From: a virus
Lineage: Duplodnaviria > Caudoviricetes
DNA: 33,794 bases
Direction: 5' to 3' (one strand)
Virus record (IMG/VR): IMGVR_UViG_3300046820_002026
Location: 1-33,794 of that record
A program made the translations under genes and the position numbers. Numbering within the stretch: the first letter of the stretch is position 1; every line of letters begins with the position of its first letter. A model generated the notes under the pieces. The model had not been told where the DNA came from. It was given only the letters and a program-made list of their open reading frames with translations, and did not search any database. Shown piece after piece: positions 24,831 through 33,794 of this stretch.

Positions 24831-25162
24831 TATAATAATCCTAACACAGAAAGAAGAGGAATATAAATTTTTAGAACAGTATCTTCTTTTAGATCAAACT
24901 CGCTCCCAATTTGATTAGTATAGCATATAAGCCAGCCATATTCTGGCGCTCCATAATATTTTTGTGAAATCTGATCCATTCTTTCAAATGGTTTAACCGT
25001 ATGTTCTACATATGCAATACCGGCTTCTTCTATGTTTTTTAAATTTTTAAAATCAAAAGTCTCATATTGATTTATAAGTTTTAAATTTTTATCTTTAAGA
25101 ATATTTTTATAAAGAGGATTATTGTTTACAATTGCTTTTGTGCTGGCGTATCTATTAAACAT
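24830..25162 (-). CDS. LysM-domain baseplate wedge protein (gp53 / P2 gpX-like)
   Basis: HTVKPFERMDQISQKYYGAPEYGWLICYTN...VLKIYIP. Confidence 0.85.
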   Translation of the reverse strand: MFNRYASTKAIVNNNPLYKNILKDKNLKLINQYETFDFKNLKNIEEAGIAYVEHTVKPFERMDQISQKYYGAPEYGWLICYTNQIGSEFDLKEDTVLKIYIPLLSVLGLL

Positions 25163-25685
25163 TATAGATACCTCTTACATTTTCTTTGAATTCTTGTAGG
25201 ATTCTTCCACCAATTGATAGTGAGAACCCAATTGGCATTAATTTTTGGTCAGTTGTTGTTATGAATCCCATATCTTTAATTATACGATATTCAAACTGTT
25301 CAAGATATATAAACTTTGAATCTTCTAGTGGTTTAAGACCGCGGAACATTAAAGATATTAATCCAAATGAGTTTTTTAGATCAGGTAAATATTGCTGGTT
25401 TATAACTGTATATTGAGGTTTTATTGCCTCCAATAAAAAATCTAAATTTTGGTAATTAGATATCGCCTCTGCGTGGCTTTCAGCTAATATATCAAAGCTT
25501 AATTTTGTAGATATAGTTGTACGTGTATGTATTTTATTATTTCTGAAGCTAAGCGGCGCATATGCCATTGTTTGATCCATTAGCTTAAAATCAACGTTTG
25601 AATCCGTTAGATATGCTTTAAAATTTACCGGTTTACTTTGAATATTATCAACAATTTTAATTTTTAAATGTTCTGCAAATTCCAT
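25155..25685 (-). CDS. Putative tail tube initiator / baseplate protein
   Basis: Lies between tape measure and LysM genes; beta-rich pattern (ISTKLSFDI, NLDFLLEAIKPQY, PIGFSLSI). Confidence 0.45.
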   Translation of the reverse strand: MEFAEHLKIKIVDNIQSKPVNFKAYLTDSNVDFKLMDQTMAYAPLSFRNNKIHTRTTISTKLSFDILAESHAEAISNYQNLDFLLEAIKPQYTVINQQYLPDLKNSFGLISLMFRGLKPLEDSKFIYLEQFEYRIIKDMGFITTTDQKLMPIGFSLSIGGRILQEFKENVRGIYNV

Positions 25686-25695
25686 TATTTATACC

Positions 25696-28600
25696 CTATA
25701 CGTTAACTTTTGAACCAATTGCTCTTGCTGCTATCTCTGGGACTTCTCTTAGCGCTTCTTTCTTAACTAGGTCTGCAACAGTATCTAGTTCCTTATCGCC
25801 TATTCTAATCTTAAAGAAGTTATTTGACGCAGGACTTTGAGCGTTAAATGACAACATCTCTTTAAATTCCTGCATAAAGCTCTTTTTATTTTCTGTCTTG
25901 GAATTTGTTAATTCTGTTGTTGTCATTTTATTTGTCGCAGTAAGTGTTTCTACGCTTGCCTGCATTCTTGTAGCTGTGCCGTTTGGTGAAAAATAATTAG
26001 AAATTGTTGTAATTGGCGAAGAAATAGCGCCTCCAAAAGAAGAAAGCGCTGTTTGCATCGCAGAAGAGATACCTGTACCAATATTTCCAAGCATACCACC
26101 TAGATTTAGATTAGATAATGCGTTTAATCCGTTTGCAATAGCGCCACCGCTTTTTGCTAATATTACTTTATCGTTTGGATCGCCACTAATTTTTTGTGTT
26201 GCGCCATTTGGCGCAGTAACGCTTACATTTGTACGACCGTTGTCTGCCAAGTTTTTAATATTATAATTTGTAGATAGTTTTGTTATTGAACTTGGAACAA
26301 CCTCGGCATCATCTGCCTTTATTGTTTCATCTTGCATTACGGACTGTTCTGCTTCTGAGGCTTTTTTACCAAGTGAACCAAGGACTGATGTTGCAAGCAT
26401 TGCGCCCATCATCCAACCACCAGCAGATCCCATCATGGATTTAAAACTACTTGGCTTTGCAAGTCCTGGGCCTATCACTCCTCTCGCGTCAACTGATATG
26501 TTTTTAGCTGCATTTGCTGTCATACCAAGAGTCACATTTAATTGTTGTAGCTGCGCTGTTATTGCTTTAAGTTCCGCGCTCATTACTCCAAAAGATGCTG
26601 TAACTCTATTTACGCTATTCACTGCCGATGTTGCAAATCTATTCCATGCATAAACTGCTAAAGTAACTAATCCGCCCAATCCTAGTGCCAAAGTACCAGT
26701 TGGACTCATGTGCTTGTTTAGGTAATTAACAACAGACGCAAGGCCAGAGAAGATATCTAAAATAGGGGTTAAGGCTATTTTCATATTATCTAATGCCGCT
26801 GCTAGCTTCTCTTGAGCTGATACGCTCTCTGCTCGTTTTTTAGCTAATTCTTCTTCGCTAGCGGCAGCTTGTTCAAGTTTCGCTTGGACATCGCCTAGAT
26901 TTTCTGAAAGTTTATAGAATGATGCAGCTTTTGTTAAATCACCACCAAAAGGCTCTGCAAGTAATTGTTTAAAACCGCGATTTAGGTTTGCAAATTCAAC
27001 GCCAGATTCTTTTGCTGCGCGTAATACTGTCATAATCCGCTCAGTTGGACTTTCAGCCATTGCCATCTCTTGAAGATTAATTGACATACCTCCAAGGGCA
27101 GCATTTAGCTTAGATGTCATCTCTGCTGCGCCTTCAAGTGTATTAAATTTATCCGAGAAGGATGCAAAATCAGTTGCAGACATAACATTATTTGTTAGTT
27201 GCGCTAAGCCGTTTAATTCTTTAAATACCGCAACTGCCTCTTTTGCATAACCGGTTATTAGATTTATACTCTGTTTAAATTCAGACGCATATTTAGCAAC
27301 ATTAACTCCTAATCCAAGAGCGTCTTTTGATAGCTGTTCAAATTGTTCACGGGCTGCCTGTATGGACATTTTTGTTGTACCCATGAATATCTTTGTAACT
27401 TCACCATATTGTTCTTCGGATACTCCCAGTGCCTTAAATGCTGCTGCGCTTGAAGCTAATGCCAGTCTTTGCTTGTCTGTTAGATTATTAAAGTTACCGA
27501 TTGTATTTGATAGGGCGGCATATGAATTACCTAATTCTTTTAAGGTAACTCCATATGCTGCAAGCTGTGGCATAGAGTTTTCGCGGATACCAAATACATC
27601 ACCTTTTATGACACCAGGATTTGTTACAGCCCTATTAAAAGCTTCTCCCTGCCCGCCGGTCATCTTGTTTACGTCTGCGCCTATTTTATTAAACAGGAAT
27701 GTACTTTTAACAACGCGTTCATCTAAAAAGTTAAATACACGGTTAATTGCACCTTCCCAATCTATAAAAGAATCTTTAAGCGCACCAACTGCGCCCTTGA
27801 GCATACTAAACCCGTCATGCGCCTTGCTAAAATTTAAACTTGATAATAATACAGAAGAAAATAAATTAGACTTTGAAGATGCCATCGCCAAAGAATCAGC
27901 ATACGCCGACATTCCTGCCGCCATATGTTTCGTTGCTCTACCTGATACTTCTGCATTTTCTTCAACGCTTTTTTGCGCTTCATTAAGAATCTTTAATTCT
28001 TCATTTGTGCGATTAATTTGCGTTGTAAGATTACCATATGCAGCTGCACGTGCTGCTACCGAAGAAACAATTAAGTCTTTATCGGCTATAACTGCTTCCT
28101 GCGTTAGCTTAAGTTCTTTTAGGACTTTATTAAGCTGCTCTGCGCTTAATTTTTCATCATCCTTTACGCCTGCAACTCTTGCTGCATCTTGTAAGAGGGC
28201 TTTAATTGGTCCATCTGAAAGATTCTTAATTGCCGATCCGTTGTCAATTATGTTCTTTTTGATAATTTCAAGATATTTTGCTTGATTTTCTGCAAAATTA
28301 GCCGTGATTTTATCGTCCGTCATTAACTGCTTTGAATAATCCGCCAGCGCCCGCTTTGCGGCATCTAGGGCTGGTCCTGTTGCTTCGGAAACTTGCTTTA
28401 TTAGGGTAAAATATTGCTTTGCTTCAACTTCATTTAGTTTAAAAAAACCACTTAGTGATTGTGCAAGTTCTGCTTGTAATTTTTTTTGATTTTGAACTTG
28501 CCCTTCTAATCTTGCTTTTGTTTCATCGTGTATTTTTTTCATTGCAGCAGAAAGAGTTGGCAATTCCTCTTTCAGCGTATTTATCTCCATAATTAAATTA

Positions 28601-28731
28601 AATTTGGCAGCATTAAATTCTTCACGGATTTGGTCAATTGTCTTACCGGCAGTAGCAATGTTATTTGCCGATACCTGTTTTTCCATCGCAGTAATTCTTG
28701 CCATAACTTCACTTATATTTGGATCCGCCAT
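25696..28731 (-). CDS. Tail tape measure protein
   Basis: 1011 aa, Ala/Lys/Leu-rich and helical, with hydrophobic segments in the C-terminal third; canonical position after tube and chaperone genes. Confidence 0.85.
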   Translation of the reverse strand: MADPNISEVMARITAMEKQVSANNIATAGKTIDQIREEFNAAKFNLIMEINTLKEELPTLSAAMKKIHDETKARLEGQVQNQKKLQAELAQSLSGFFKLNEVEAKQYFTLIKQVSEATGPALDAAKRALADYSKQLMTDDKITANFAENQAKYLEIIKKNIIDNGSAIKNLSDGPIKALLQDAARVAGVKDDEKLSAEQLNKVLKELKLTQEAVIADKDLIVSSVAARAAAYGNLTTQINRTNEELKILNEAQKSVEENAEVSGRATKHMAAGMSAYADSLAMASSKSNLFSSVLLSSLNFSKAHDGFSMLKGAVGALKDSFIDWEGAINRVFNFLDERVVKSTFLFNKIGADVNKMTGGQGEAFNRAVTNPGVIKGDVFGIRENSMPQLAAYGVTLKELGNSYAALSNTIGNFNNLTDKQRLALASSAAAFKALGVSEEQYGEVTKIFMGTTKMSIQAAREQFEQLSKDALGLGVNVAKYASEFKQSINLITGYAKEAVAVFKELNGLAQLTNNVMSATDFASFSDKFNTLEGAAEMTSKLNAALGGMSINLQEMAMAESPTERIMTVLRAAKESGVEFANLNRGFKQLLAEPFGGDLTKAASFYKLSENLGDVQAKLEQAAASEEELAKKRAESVSAQEKLAAALDNMKIALTPILDIFSGLASVVNYLNKHMSPTGTLALGLGGLVTLAVYAWNRFATSAVNSVNRVTASFGVMSAELKAITAQLQQLNVTLGMTANAAKNISVDARGVIGPGLAKPSSFKSMMGSAGGWMMGAMLATSVLGSLGKKASEAEQSVMQDETIKADDAEVVPSSITKLSTNYNIKNLADNGRTNVSVTAPNGATQKISGDPNDKVILAKSGGAIANGLNALSNLNLGGMLGNIGTGISSAMQTALSSFGGAISSPITTISNYFSPNGTATRMQASVETLTATNKMTTTELTNSKTENKKSFMQEFKEMLSFNAQSPASNNFFKIRIGDKELDTVADLVKKEALREVPEIAARAIGSKVNV

Positions 28732-28748
28732 GTATTTCCCTCAATATC

Positions 28749-28758
28749 TATAATTAGG
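28749..28758 (-). promoter_or_regulatory. Candidate late promoter motif CCTAATTATA
   Basis: CTAWTTAT core located between the terminator and the tape measure SD. Confidence 0.55.
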
Positions 28759-28766
28759 AACCAAAT

Positions 28767-28791
28767 AAAAAACGGGCGTTAAACCCGTTTT
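28767..28791 (-). terminator. Intrinsic terminator before the tape measure gene
   Basis: AAAACGGG-TTTAACG-CCCGTTTT-TT directly after the stop at 28792. Confidence 0.75.
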
Positions 28792-28962
28792 CTATTTCCT
28801 ATTTGCTTCGTTTTCTTCTTTAATTTGTTTTGAGAGACGCTCTACAAACCATTTCCTTAAGCCTATTGGGAGATTGTATATTTCTATAAAAGACCACATT
28901 CCATGATACTTGAGGTCAAACATTTGATTATACACAGACTCCATATAATCATCACTTAGGCC
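28792..28962 (-). CDS. Small gp51-like baseplate/tail assembly ORF, probably reached by frameshift or from ATG 28944
   Basis: QMFDLKYHGMWSFIEIYNLPIGLRKWFVERL matches the F.L..H..WS..E...LP...R.W pattern of these small chaperone ORFs; the frame is open through the T7 run. Confidence 0.7.
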   Translation of the reverse strand, partial: GLSDDYMESVYNQMFDLKYHGMWSFIEIYNLPIGLRKWFVERLSKQIKEENEANRK

Positions 28963-29839
28963 AAAAAAATTCCTGTGTAAAAGGAACCTCCACATCTTGA
29001 ACCGTTAAGCACAGTTCACAAGCAAATTTATGTTTAATTTTGATATCTGGTATTAACTCTTGGTATTTCTTTCTTAGATGCTTTGCGTCGGCTGCTGGCA
29101 TTGCGCCGATACCTTTTTCTACTATGTCTTTATCTGCAACGCCGTTTATTGATTTAACTATAATCTGTAATTGCTGCGTGCCTGTTATGTCTTCAATTGT
29201 AGAGTTTCTTTTTTTCTCTTCTGCCATTTTAAGCAATGCAATTTCATCTTCGCCATTTAGAATCTTGCACTCAACAATCCATGCAGTCTTTGGCAGTTTT
29301 AGCAGGATATTGCCATTTGGTAATATTGCTGAGTCTTCTGAGCCTTCTAATGCAGTTATACCTTTATTTACTACCGCATCATTTAAATCTACGCGTCTAT
29401 TGTTTTTAGTGCCGCATTCGCTACAAAGAACTGAGACATCATAACTTTGGCCGTAACCAGTTATTCTTGCTGCGATAACAATTGCATTTTTATCGCCAAC
29501 AAGCAGGGTATGAACAGGTATACTTTTATTTACAATTATTGACTCAATGAATTTATCAATAACAATGCCTTTTTTTATAAACGAACGATTGGTTAAAATA
29601 TCTTCGTCTTTTGCAGTCATCTGCCTAATTTCAATTGTTTTTTGATTATGCAGAGGGTGATTTTCTGGGTAGAATCTACCTTCTGATGGCAGATCAACTA
29701 CTTCAATCGGAGTAACGAAATTTAACTTATCGTAGTTTTGTGCAACGGCTGCTATGCTATTTTGCGCTACTACCGCTGCTGTTTCTTGACCTGCTCCACT
29801 CTTTAATTGCTCTAATTTTTCCTCTAATGCGCTTTTCAT
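28952..29839 (-). CDS. T4 gp26-like baseplate hub / tail assembly chaperone
   Basis: VDLPSEG..YP, IRQMTAKDEDIL, LLVGDKNAIVIAARITGYG, CSEC, CELC, ending FFWP. Confidence 0.82.
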   Translation of the reverse strand: MKSALEEKLEQLKSGAGQETAAVVAQNSIAAVAQNYDKLNFVTPIEVVDLPSEGRFYPENHPLHNQKTIEIRQMTAKDEDILTNRSFIKKGIVIDKFIESIIVNKSIPVHTLLVGDKNAIVIAARITGYGQSYDVSVLCSECGTKNNRRVDLNDAVVNKGITALEGSEDSAILPNGNILLKLPKTAWIVECKILNGEDEIALLKMAEEKKRNSTIEDITGTQQLQIIVKSINGVADKDIVEKGIGAMPAADAKHLRKKYQELIPDIKIKHKFACELCLTVQDVEVPFTQEFFWPK

Positions 29840-29850
29840 TTATATTCTTT

Positions 29851-30393
29851 CTATTGGGTTAGTGTTGCCCAATCATATGCTATTGTCATTTCAATTACTA
29901 CAGGTGCATCGGACGAGTAATCTAGTGTATCATACTTTATATCCGTTATTAGTGCATTTTTCAAAGACCAAATTTCTTGCTTTGGCTCGGTTTTATCGCC
30001 ACTACCAGACCCAAGCTGAATTATATTTAAACCTGTCAATTTATATCTATCTTTGAAGTGATAAGTGGAAACTATTTCATTTCCTGTGTCTTCGCTATAT
30101 GGTGGCTTGTATCCAAAGCCAGTTAACATAGAATGTACATTTGTTGCCACACCTTTTTCTATAACATCATATAGCGATAAGCGGATAGGATTCCAGCTTA
30201 TACGCGTTGGAAATTTAAATTCATGGCTATAAAGATACTTATAGCTTGTTGTTTTAACTGTGTATGATGGCTTATCTACGGACTTAGCGAAAAATACTTT
30301 ATTATCGCCTTGGCCCTTTAAAAGCTCACCCTTAAATTCAACTTTCCATTTATGTTTTTGAGAAATGTCTGGACTGCTTGACCAAAATGACAA
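29851..30393 (-). CDS. Tail tube protein paralog 2 (gp19-like)
   Basis: AKSVDKPSY, FPTRISWNPI, W.LKNALIT, LDYSSD, MTIAYDWA; TTG start with an AGGAG SD. Confidence 0.85.
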   Translation of the reverse strand: MSFWSSSPDISQKHKWKVEFKGELLKGQGDNKVFFAKSVDKPSYTVKTTSYKYLYSHEFKFPTRISWNPIRLSLYDVIEKGVATNVHSMLTGFGYKPPYSEDTGNEIVSTYHFKDRYKLTGLNIIQLGSGSGDKTEPKQEIWSLKNALITDIKYDTLDYSSDAPVVIEMTIAYDWATLTQ

Positions 30394-30437
30394 AGCCGCG
30401 ACTCCTATAGTTTTATACTATAAATAGTCGCGGCTTT
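30392..30437 (-). promoter_or_regulatory. RBS-sequestering hairpin containing a late promoter motif
   Basis: Perfect 12 bp inverted repeat AAAGCCGCGACT/AGTCGCGGCTTT plus an inner TATAGT/ACTATA stem. It covers AGGAG and part of the TTG start; ACTATTTATA (30419-30428) is in the 5' arm. Confidence 0.75.
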
Positions 30438-30456
30438 ATTTATTTAAAGGCTTTTA

Positions 30457-30978
30457 TTATTCGTATGAAGCCCAGTCGTACTTTAATGTAAATTCTGCTG
30501 TCGCAAAACCTTCCTGTCCGTAGTCAAATCCAGTTAAACCTGCAGTTGTAATAAAAGCATTGTTTAATGTATATGTTTCTGCTGTAGTGCCATCTGTTTT
30601 TAGTGGTTCAACTTTAACGGTTGTTATAATTGCTCCATTTTTAGAGATAGTACTAAAACCTGTTCCGGCTGCTGCATTTACGTTATTTGGAAGGATAAAT
30701 CCGGCTGCTGTAAGGTATTTATATGCTTGTGAGGCCATATTTTCATTTTTGTCAACACCATCAATAAATTTAATCTTGATGTCGTTCCATGTGACTTTAC
30801 CTGGATAGTTAAAACTCTTATCAAGAAAGTCAATTTTTGTATTTCCACTAACTGTATAAATTGGACGCTCTGCTGATTGTGCAAGATAAACAGGTGCTTC
30901 TGCGCCGGCTCCTTTAAATTTTACCTTGAATCTAAATTGGCGCTTTGGGTCTAGGCTTGGGCTACTCCAAAAACTCAT
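30457..30978 (-). CDS. Tail tube protein paralog 1 (gp19-like)
   Basis: DPKRQFRF, YPGKVTWNDI, YTLNNAFIT, FDYG, TLKYDWA; directly follows the sheath. Confidence 0.88.
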   Translation of the reverse strand: MSFWSSPSLDPKRQFRFKVKFKGAGAEAPVYLAQSAERPIYTVSGNTKIDFLDKSFNYPGKVTWNDIKIKFIDGVDKNENMASQAYKYLTAAGFILPNNVNAAAGTGFSTISKNGAIITTVKVEPLKTDGTTAETYTLNNAFITTAGLTGFDYGQEGFATAEFTLKYDWASYE

Positions 30979-30996
30979 TTTTTATTCTCCTATGAA

Positions 30997-33519
30997 TTAT
31001 TCTGTAAATACTGCGCCAGAGTTTGTAACAATTAAGTCAATTGCGATAAATTCAATTGCGCGGGTTGGCTTTAAGTAAATCTTGCAATACATTGTGTTAC
31101 GATCAACTAAGTCAGCAGTTGTTGTTTTTTCATCTAATACAACCTTTGCTTCTTCTAGGCCGTAGTTAACTTTAATGTTTGCTAGGAATGGATTTACGGC
31201 ATCCTTGAAGTTATCCCATGTATCTTTTACGTTTGGCTCAAAGATAACATTTACGGCTGCTCTTGAAACTTCTTTCTTTACGTGGTTAACTAGACGACGA
31301 ACATTTACGCGATCAAGTGCGCTTGGTGTACGTTGTAATGTTTTTTGACCGAAGATAACAACTCCGCCTGCACCTGGGAATGTTGCAATTGGATTAATGT
31401 TGTTTTCATATAGTCTGTCGCGTTGTGCGCTTGTTAATGCAATTGACGCCTTTGAGACAGCTAAACCCGATGTGCCGTCGCTTAATCCACCGCGGCTAAA
31501 TCCTGCTGGTGCAAACCAAACTGCGCTGCGTGCATCGTTACCGCCAAAGGCACCTAGTGCAGCAATTGATGCTGGCATATAGATACCGGCTGATGGTACG
31601 AATACAGCTGGGAAGTATGCTGCGCCGTAGCTGTTGTTATAATTTTCAATTGATGAAATCGCTTGCTCAACACTTGGAACAGCAGGAGAACCACCGTTTT
31701 CATAATCAAACTTATAATCGTTTGCAAGATCAATTACTGCTAATGCATCACCGCGAGCTTTGCAGATTTGTAGCATCTTTGCTTGTAGAGTTGCATTTTT
31801 AACGTTTGGTACGCAAAGTGTATTAAAATCAACAACTTCTGCTGGGGCGATGATATCAAGTGCGCGATTTACGATTTCTGTTGCAAAAGTATTATCGGTT
31901 CCCAGATGAGCGCTATCATTATTGATGATTGGTTCTCTTTGTGTAACATCTAAACCATCAAATCCACCCATAAGCGGAACGTCAAATCCTTTGATTAGGC
32001 CATATTTGGTATAGTCATTTGCTGCTAATGTTGTTTCGTATGTAAATTTAGTAATCTTTGAGTAGTCTGCCTGAGAAGTAACGTCTGTATTATCTGACTT
32101 CTTTGCTTTATAATAGCCAAGACTAAAGTTTGCAGTAGAGGCATCTTGTGCTAGAGCCAATGATCTGCGGGCAGTAAAATCAACTAGATCTGCATTTGTT
32201 GATGGATCCGATAATAAACCTACATTTTTTGTCTTTGCAGAATTTATAGTTACTTCGCCTTTTAATGGAAGCGCTGGAATTTGGGTTGTTGTATTTACTA
32301 TTCCAACTACTGTTTTGAATTTTGGAATCTGGAAGCCGTATGGGTATGCAGAAGGTTGTGCAGAGTTTGCTGCCATTTCTACTCTTACAAACTTAGAAAC
32401 GTTTGCATATTCTCCTTCCTCTGTATAAACGCCATTTACTACATCCCATTTTCTATGCATTGTTCCAATTCTTTTTGCAACATAATTTGAAGAATTGACG
32501 TTTAGACTGCAGTTTTCAAATTTTTCATAAACAACTTCGTCTGTTCCTTCAAATAATGCACGAACAACTACGCTAAATGTTGCATATGGATCAACTTGCG
32601 GGAAGCTGGCTGGCTTGATGTCTTCAATTGAGATTTTTAGATCTCGTGAATCGTTTGCACCGCCTTCTAGACCAACAAGCTTAAATAGTGGTACTGGTGA
32701 GGTTCCATCTGAGATGATGTATGGTGTTTCTGCGTTTTTAACTTCAAATTCATAGTTTGAAGCATCTGCTTCTAGTTCAACTAGTGAAACATATTTGTCT
32801 GTTACGTCAACAATTGACTTTTCAAAGGTTTCACCAAGGAAATAGTGTTCTGTGCCTAGAGCAGTTGGGTTTGTATTTAGTACGCTTCTTAGTGTCTCTA
32901 CACTTACAGGATATTCTTTTGCTTCTCCTGTTCCTACTTTTATACTAATCTTAAAGGTCTTATCGCCTGTGGTAAGCTGGCGAGAACTTTTACCGTTGGA
33001 CGCATTAGCTAATTTAACTAATGCGCCGCTAGCGTAGATAACACCTACTAGTGTTCCAACTCCACCGGCTTCCGTTGAGTTGTTGGTTGCTTCTTTATCG
33101 TGGATGATGATGCCAATAGCACCTGCTTCTGAGCCATCGGTTGTGTCTGCTGCTTTTGCTTGAGTAATTTTCCAACCTGGCTTCAGTGAACCAACAGCTG
33201 GAATACCACCAACGCGAACAACTGTTACTGGATCATTATTTTTTAGGTATGCTTGTGCTGCATATGTTGCAAAGGTAGGCGCAGTTGGAACGCCAGTACG
33301 CCAAACATCGGCTAGACCAACAATACCATTTGATGCAGGTCCGAATACAGTTTCAAGTTGTGGAATACTTGTAACAGTAAATGGTTGCATTAGTGGTCCA
33401 CGACGAGTGCGACCAATTACGAGTGGACCTAATTTTGGTGGCACAACCGGTAATACGCTATTATCTATTTCGTTAACTTGTACTCCGGGCGATACAAATC
33501 TAAAGTTTTCAACTGCCAT
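30997..33519 (-). CDS. Contractile tail sheath protein (gp18-like)
   Basis: FVSPGVQVNEIDNS, WFAPAGFSRG, RDRLYENNINPI, IFGQKTLQ, ALDRVNVRRL, IFEPN, LKPTRAIEFI. Confidence 0.96.
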   Translation of the reverse strand: MAVENFRFVSPGVQVNEIDNSVLPVVPPKLGPLVIGRTRRGPLMQPFTVTSIPQLETVFGPASNGIVGLADVWRTGVPTAPTFATYAAQAYLKNNDPVTVVRVGGIPAVGSLKPGWKITQAKAADTTDGSEAGAIGIIIHDKEATNNSTEAGGVGTLVGVIYASGALVKLANASNGKSSRQLTTGDKTFKISIKVGTGEAKEYPVSVETLRSVLNTNPTALGTEHYFLGETFEKSIVDVTDKYVSLVELEADASNYEFEVKNAETPYIISDGTSPVPLFKLVGLEGGANDSRDLKISIEDIKPASFPQVDPYATFSVVVRALFEGTDEVVYEKFENCSLNVNSSNYVAKRIGTMHRKWDVVNGVYTEEGEYANVSKFVRVEMAANSAQPSAYPYGFQIPKFKTVVGIVNTTTQIPALPLKGEVTINSAKTKNVGLLSDPSTNADLVDFTARRSLALAQDASTANFSLGYYKAKKSDNTDVTSQADYSKITKFTYETTLAANDYTKYGLIKGFDVPLMGGFDGLDVTQREPIINNDSAHLGTDNTFATEIVNRALDIIAPAEVVDFNTLCVPNVKNATLQAKMLQICKARGDALAVIDLANDYKFDYENGGSPAVPSVEQAISSIENYNNSYGAAYFPAVFVPSAGIYMPASIAALGAFGGNDARSAVWFAPAGFSRGGLSDGTSGLAVSKASIALTSAQRDRLYENNINPIATFPGAGGVVIFGQKTLQRTPSALDRVNVRRLVNHVKKEVSRAAVNVIFEPNVKDTWDNFKDAVNPFLANIKVNYGLEEAKVVLDEKTTTADLVDRNTMYCKIYLKPTRAIEFIAIDLIVTNSGAVFTE

Positions 33520-33570
33520 TTAGTGATTTCTCCTTGGTCTATTATTCTGCCTATAACAGCACAAATTTAT

Positions 33571-33580
33571 AATAATTAGT
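33571..33580 (-). promoter_or_regulatory. Candidate late promoter motif ACTAATTATT
   Basis: CTAWTTAT core in the intergenic region upstream of the sheath gene. Confidence 0.5.
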
Positions 33581-33603
33581 GTATATATTACTGAAAATCT
33601 ATT

Positions 33604-33794
33604 TTATTTTGCATTAAACAGACCATCACGTGCCTTTATGCATTTTGCGGCTATTTCCATGCGTTGTGTGTTACTTCCAAATAGCTGCTTTGGCTCGTTT
33701 AATGTTATAATTTCAAAATAATTCTCTCCATAAAATAGAAAATCTCCAACTCGTACATATAGATCCTGATCTTCTACTAATCTGCGTTTATGGA
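33604..33794 (-). CDS. Partial CDS, probable neck/head-closure protein (C-terminus only)
   Basis: Manual translation HKRRLVEDQDLYVRVGDFLFYGENYFEIITLNEPKQLFG...CIKARDGLFNAK*; GD.....YFEI pattern; position before the sheath. Confidence 0.6.
   Translation of the reverse strand, partial: HKRRLVEDQDLYVRVGDFLFYGENYFEIITLNEPKQLFGSNTQRMEIAAKCIKARDGLFNAK

Noticed and set aside
25686-25693. Exact T4 late promoter TATAAATA on the sense strand
   Set aside because: It abuts the ATG at 25685, so a transcript would start inside the CDS. It is a single case in AT-rich DNA.
27362-28285. 307 aa + strand ORF
   Set aside because: It is an antisense shadow of the tape measure gene with no SD or recognisable motif; the low-complexity translation is typical of a mirror frame.
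21672-33519. Bacterial extracellular contractile injection system or tailocin with a toxin cargo
   Set aside because: The module is contiguous with a neck-like gene and a full phage replication and nucleotide-metabolism set. The cytolysin has a Sec/lipoprotein signal and lies 14 kb away.
1-33794. Stop-codon reassignment (TAG or TGA recoding), as seen in some large phages
   Set aside because: Core genes are full length in code 11 and coding density is high. TAA, TAG and TGA all end genes at sensible boundaries.
1-33794. tRNA genes, CRISPR arrays, introns/inteins, homing endonucleases, integrase
   Set aside because: Intergenic gaps are all under about 90 nt with no cloverleaf or repeat-spacer pattern. 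nrdA, nrdB, helicase and recA are uninterrupted and of normal length.

Overview
This is a fragment of a large contractile-tailed dsDNA phage (myovirus, distantly T4-like), densely coding with all credible genes on the minus strand in the standard code. In transcription order (right to left) it carries: an AT-rich late tail/baseplate module (partial neck protein, sheath, two tube paralogs, a gp26-like/gp51-like pair joined by a possible +1 slippery site, tape measure, LysM wedge protein, hub-like protein); a replication/repair module (minimal family A DNA polymerase, degenerate tubulin/FtsZ-like protein, gp32-like SSB, RecA/UvsX, UvsE, deaminase, 5'-3' exonuclease, helicase); and a nucleotide-metabolism module (nrdB, thioredoxin, nrdA, thyX, dCMP deaminase) with GroES and small ORFs. 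The main highlight is a lipoprotein homolog of cholesterol-dependent cytolysins (CDC-like pore former, 5925-7475) behind an unusual terminator. Other notable items are a stand-alone ORF resembling a major capsid protein N-terminus inside the RNR cluster, and a recurrent promoter-inside-hairpin regulatory design. All family calls come from motif recognition by eye; no searches were run.
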